64,000 bases of DNA, from the NCBI GenBank assembly GCA_965207065.1, contig OZ242260.1, forward strand, positions 288,001 through 352,000, given 5' to 3'. Each line of letters opens with the position of its first letter. Within the stretch, counting starts at the first letter, position 1. A program made the position numbers and the translations under genes. This stretch comes from a bacterium. Lineage in GTDB: Bacteria > UBA8248. The notes under the pieces were generated by a model that made no database searches, was not told where the DNA came from, and was given only the letters and a program-made list of their open reading frames with translations. Below, one piece after another: positions 59,740 through 64,000 of the stretch.

Positions 59740-60248
59740 CCGGCGCCGGTCGGTGGAGGGCGCGGTTCTTCCGTAGGGGCGCTTCCACGGCCCCGGCCAC
59801 GAGGAGGCATGGGGCGTGTTCGACACCGGGGCCTTCGTCGGGGCGTTCGGCGCCAGGCACCAATGAAGGACGCGCGGGCTGTTTCACGAGCCGGTGGAGG
59901 CCTTCCGCCCGTTTTCAGACAATTGGCAGTTTCCAGCGGGCGTGAAATCTTTGTAGTCTGTTGAAACTGTTGTGGATAGTTTTGTTTTCTGGAAGTTTTG
60001 TTGGGGATTCGCTTCCTGTAATGCGTAATCAAGATGGAAGCGGATGAATTCAAACTCCTGCGCATCTCGATACGTCCATGTCGGGCCGATGTGAGAGATC
60101 CTTACCGAGCCCCTCCTACCCGGTCGTTACGCCCACTTTGCCGACGGACATCTTGCCGAGGCAGCGGAAAAAATTGTAACTATCATTTTGCAGGAGGTGG
60201 AGCGTCCTCACCGCACCGATACAGGCAAAGTTTCAAACTCCTCGTAGG

Positions 60249-60932
60249 TTAAGGTCTCTGCAACTTGCAATGGAGCTTTTTTGTTGCATTATTACTAACG
60301 GAAAATACTAGGTTGCAATTTACCCACCCTTTCTTTCGTAGTAGTAAGGAAAGTTCTTTCTTATAATCGCCATAGGATACGGTGTACGAAGATATCGGAG
60401 TTGATAAACGGGTATCGGTTCCATCCAATTCAATCTTTGCACCCCTCGGGTCCGAGTCGACCGAAATTGACATGCTGTGCAAGGGTCGTGACAGCCATAT
60501 TTTCCCAATAGTAGGGCAAAATTCCGATGGCTTCCGCTTCATAAACTGCACGTCTGGCAAATGAACATAATGAACCCTCTCCGCTTTATCCCACGAAGTA
60601 CGAGGTGTTGGCCAATGGGTCCGCCAGTTGTATCGACAGTTTGTGGCCAACACCGTAGAGAAGGAAATTTCCATTCCTTGATTAGTTTTCTTCAATTCGA
60701 TACGAACTTTGTGTTCATGTAAAGTATTAATATAGAAACTATTGATTCCGCTCTCAATTCCGATAAGGTCACCGACATACCCAATCAGAACCCCATCTGC
60801 TGATCTGTACACTCTTCGTCCGTCAAATTGTGTATTTTCTGTCTTGGGGATAAACCGAATAGTATCTGCCGCCATAACATTTCCATAGAGGGATGGAGCA
60901 ATGAGTAGTGCGGCAATGCAAATGAATCTCAT
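60249..60932 (-). CDS. Secreted protein with a C-terminal PEGA-like domain
   Basis: Signal peptide; VDSDPRGAKIELDG..STP..LRKKGW. Confidence 0.65.
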   Translation of the reverse strand: MRFICIAALLIAPSLYGNVMAADTIRFIPKTENTQFDGRRVYRSADGVLIGYVGDLIGIESGINSFYINTLHEHKVRIELKKTNQGMEISFSTVLATNCRYNWRTHWPTPRTSWDKAERVHYVHLPDVQFMKRKPSEFCPTIGKIWLSRPLHSMSISVDSDPRGAKIELDGTDTRLSTPISSYTVSYGDYKKELSLLLRKKGWVNCNLVFSVSNNATKKLHCKLQRP

Positions 60933-61450
60933 TTTCTTTCCCCTTCAATATCCTTCGTTGCCCTATTTGCCATGAGCCGAGTCAACAAGACAACGCACAA
61001 TCCAAAGCAGAACGTGGAAATCAATACTGTCGCATACTGATACCCAAATGTCTTAATGACACCGGTATGTTCGAGTGGGAGCTGACTGACAGCCAACATT
61101 CTCGCGGTTTTTTCGAACCCGATGAGACCAAAATATAGCGAAAGAGCTGAGAATAAAACGATTGAGAAGAGACCATATAGGAGAGATCTGTAGGTAGGGA
61201 TACGTTGTTCGATGATTACGCGTACCAAGAAAGCGGTGGCACCAATGACACTAACAGCCCAAGCGATCATCAAATGCGATAAGTCTAAAGTAATGTCAAT
61301 TGATTTTTCTTGTGCAGGAATAAGATACCCGTTAGGCAGTGTTCGGGCTATAGTTGGGCCTTGTTGAGACAACTCATGGCAAGCAACAAAGATCAAAGCA
61401 GCAATGACTAACGCGCCCATAACAATTTGGTCTATATACTTGCTCATCAT
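60929..61450 (-). CDS. Four-TM hypothetical membrane protein
   Basis: Hydrophobic segments; ATGA overlap with the PEGA gene. Confidence 0.6.
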   Translation of the reverse strand: MMSKYIDQIVMGALVIAALIFVACHELSQQGPTIARTLPNGYLIPAQEKSIDITLDLSHLMIAWAVSVIGATAFLVRVIIEQRIPTYRSLLYGLFSIVLFSALSLYFGLIGFEKTARMLAVSQLPLEHTGVIKTFGYQYATVLISTFCFGLCVVLLTRLMANRATKDIEGERK

Positions 61451-61806
61451 GGAGAGGTCCTCCCAGCTTGAACAGGTCGATGACACCCGGTCGATTTGAT
61501 TCGAACGAGCCTTCGCCCCATCTTATTAAAAATTGAAAACTCCGGGTTTAGCATCTGGGGCTCTCGTGGCGCTATGGTTTTTCTCACTCGCACAAGAGTT
61601 TGTGCTCTCCAGGACGAAGCAAGAAGATGCTACTGGGAAACCTAGACACCTCCCTTGGAACACGTGAAAGAACGTCCAGGTGGGAGTGGCGGGAAACCAG
61701 GCGACGGGCCAAGCGGTCATCCGGGTGGGCCAGGATCTGGCGGTGGCCGCTCTGGAGCAGATGGCGCCGGGCATCGGGGCGGAAGATAACTTCATAAATC
61801 CTAGCC

Positions 61807-62142
61807 CTATTTGTCATGTTCGCGTTGCTCCGATAGCCCTGATTCACTTGAACCTTCCACTGTAAGCTCAGCCTTGAGTCGTACGGGTGGGACATGTTTT
61901 GTTTGCGTAACAATCCTACTTCCGTCCGGCTGTTCTTTATAAGAAGTTGTATCATCGATGTAAGTTTCTTCAGGTTCGCGCCACCAAAACATAAGAAAAA
62001 TAGCTACACCAGCGGCAATCCCAGCAACAATAAACCAAAGCAAAGCTGATTGATCGGGAAACATTACTTCAACCCCGAAGCCAACCGACAGCACAACGAC
62101 TTCGCAAGATACAAGTATGGCGCACTTCCGAAATCTGTCCAT
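61807..62142 (-). CDS. Small two-TM hypothetical protein
   Basis: 111-aa ORF with two hydrophobic helices. Confidence 0.5.
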   Translation of the reverse strand: MDRFRKCAILVSCEVVVLSVGFGVEVMFPDQSALLWFIVAGIAAGVAIFLMFWWREPEETYIDDTTSYKEQPDGSRIVTQTKHVPPVRLKAELTVEGSSESGLSEQREHDK

Positions 62143-62247
62143 GCGCCAACACTACATCTTGCGCATGAGTTATCCAAGCGCATAATCACGACTTAATTCC
62201 CCCTCCCGTCAAGTTTGAGATATAATTCCCAAGGGAAAAGGCATATT

Positions 62248-62580
62248 TCAACTCGCCGAATCTGCCTGATCCCGTAGCTCCTTCGCCAATTTGCTCGGCA
62301 ATTCCGGCGCGACTTTGGAGATATTCCTGCTCATTTGCTTGATTTCTTCCTCTCGTCCGGCCTTCTCCATGTCGCGTATGATGGCCTGCGCGGTGAACAT
62401 GGCGGAGCGAAGCAGGTGAATTTCCGCCTCCGTCCGGGGCCATTTCCGACGCTCCAGGCCCTCCACTGTAAGTTAGACCACCAGTCGGTTCGCCGAAATT
62501 CCCCGTTCGCGCGCTTCTTTTTCGACGCGTTTCCACTCTTTGGACGTGAAACGGATGTTCTTTTGTATCGTCTGCGCCAT
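62248..62580 (-). pseudogene. RHH relaxosome-accessory-like protein with a premature TAA
   Basis: AAGGAG RBS; MAQTIQKNIRFTSKEWKRVEKEARERGISANRLVV*LTVEGLE.. continues in frame. Confidence 0.65.
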
Positions 62581-62949
62581 TCGTTTCGCCACTCCTTTTC
62601 GTGAAGATTTTCATTGATTCCGGTCCCGAAACGCTCGGAAATTCCGGTTTTCCTTCGCCGAATACACTCGCCGCAAACCAGGAAAGACTCGAATCGATGC
62701 CGGAAATCTCAATACCAAATCGGTATCTATCATGCCGCAGCGCGTGTCTGAGTACTACCAATTTGGTATCCTTTGGGGAATCCCCGAATTACGCCGTATT
62801 TCAAATAGCATACGGAATTTATAAGTGTAGGGATTTCAAAGGGTTCAAGTGCTACCAGATTGGTATTACTTTTTTCGGCATGTTGGAGGCGGTATTCGGC
62901 GCCGTTTGAGCAAGGGACTGCATGCCGGGGGCGCACATGGCCTGTACTT

Positions 62950-62975
62950 GCACCGAGGTGCGTCTGGTGTGCTGA
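62950..62975 (+). other. Putative MOBF-type oriT nic site
   Basis: GCACC-GA-GGTGC hairpin followed by GTCTGGTGT|GC, resembling R388 GCACCGAAAGGTGCGTATTGTCT|A. Confidence 0.6.
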
Positions 62976-63303
62976 AAGAAGCGCCGAAGGGCGGCAAGCG
63001 CAGGGATCTTCGGGGATGCGAGTCGGGGGAATTTTTGCCGGCGAGATTGGCGAGCGGGAGCCGTCGCGGCGATTGAGCGGGAAGAAGCGAGAGACAAGAG
63101 AGTGTGAGGGCGCTGGAACTTGTACTTCCCATCACAAGCGAGAGGCGTACGGAGACGCGGGTCTTGCGCATCGAATCACAAGCGGCGGGCGAGCAGGACG
63201 CATTAGCTTGTGTTTTTTTCACAAGCAGACGGACGACACGGGAGGTGAAGGGCCGCGCCGCCATGTTGACGGGAATGGCGACGCGACCCGTTGAGCGTTC
63301 GCG

Positions 63304-64000
63304 TCACGCCACGATTTTCTGGACGGGGATGCCGAGGGTTTTTTGCCTTGTCGACGAGGTTGTCGGTGATGCCCGAGCCGGGGAACGCGATCACGCCCTT
63401 TGGCAGGAGAGCGAGCAGCTCGTCGTTGCGCCTGAAGGGAGCGGCCCGACCGTGCGCTTCCCAGTCGGGCTTGCATACCACCTGATGAACGCCGTTGCGC
63501 TCGGCCCATCCCGCCGCGATTTTCTCGGCGCCGGGGCCGCCGCCGTGGACGAGAACGACGTCGGCGTACTTGGCCTTGACCTTGTCGAGATGCGCGATGA
63601 TAAGACCTGAGTCGTTCGCCTCCTTGCCGCCCGCGACGGCGACGAGGGTTCCCTGGGGTAAGTGGGCCGTGTTCGCGCGGTCCTTTCTGGCGCGCTGGAA
63701 GTCGCGCGCCTCGATGACGGCGGAGGTGAGCTTGCCGGTCTGCGAGACGTGGGAGCCTCGCCTGGGCCGCCATACCTCGCCGGTCTCGATGCGGTAGGCC
63801 TCTGCGGCGGTGTCCCTGAGCCCCTCGAAGGCGTCCCTGCGCTCCGTGAGGTTGTTGGCCCTGTCGGTCATGAGTTCGAGTTCGCGGGAGCGGATCTCGG
63901 AGCCGTCCTGTTCGCGCTGGAGTTCGCGGATGCCGGGGATGAGCCTGTCGGCGGCGCGGTCGAGTCGCTGTGTCTGGGCGTCCAGGGTGTTGACGAAGCC
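63304..64000 (-). CDS. DUF2493 (SLOG-like) plasmid protein, 5' end outside the window; +1 A slip near the C-terminus
   Basis: VAVAGG, LVHGGGPGAEKIA, KPDW..GRAAPFRRND, FPGSGITDNLVDKA; removing one A gives KTLGIPVQKIVA*. Confidence 0.75.

Noticed and set aside
61526-61800. ORFs in the GC-rich patch
   Set aside because: No frame gives a recognisable protein; probably a small fragment of a mobile gene
1-64000. tRNA or rRNA genes
   Set aside because: GGTTCRA-like hits (e.g. near 49423 and 62842) lack cloverleaf context; nothing rRNA-like was seen by eye

Overview
GC-rich bacterial chromosome segment. Gene content (futalosine-type menaquinone genes, serA-hisZ-purA, Gram-negative porins) suggests a Nitrospinota/deltaproteobacterial-like organism; this is inference only. 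1-4.4 kb: thiolase tail, a nest of MITE/REP repeats and a small lower-GC islet (SNase, pentapeptide protein, SeqA_N-like/RAMA-like protein). 4.4-33.7 kb: intact housekeeping genes (AceE-like E1, menG/mqnP/mqnL, gatC, pcrA/uvrD, an amino-sugar operon with GlmU split over three genes, a degenerate sigma54-type activator, thiolase/DUF35/CoA ligase, DEDDh-GIY-YIG fusion, tatBC, acylphosphatase, ccdA, purA, hisZ, serA, aminotransferase). 34-40 kb, the most striking feature: a roughly 6 kb imperfect palindrome. Two paralogous porin genes point outwards; each has a homologous promoter, a leader of about 200 nt carrying a conserved leader-peptide ORF, and a terminator. They bracket two intact tyrosine recombinases. 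This is a candidate porin promoter-swapping inversion (phase variation) system. 40-64 kb: a decayed accessory island (IS110 remnants, IS1182, pseudogenes of HNH, AEP-helicase, serine recombinase, SNF2 and DEAD helicases) with a few intact survivors (EndA, Schlafen/AlbA_2 protein, small secreted or membrane proteins). It ends in an orphan MOBF-type oriT flanked by a broken RHH gene and a DUF2493 leading-region gene. No rRNA, tRNA or CRISPR array was seen. All family assignments come from motif recognition by eye, not from database searches.
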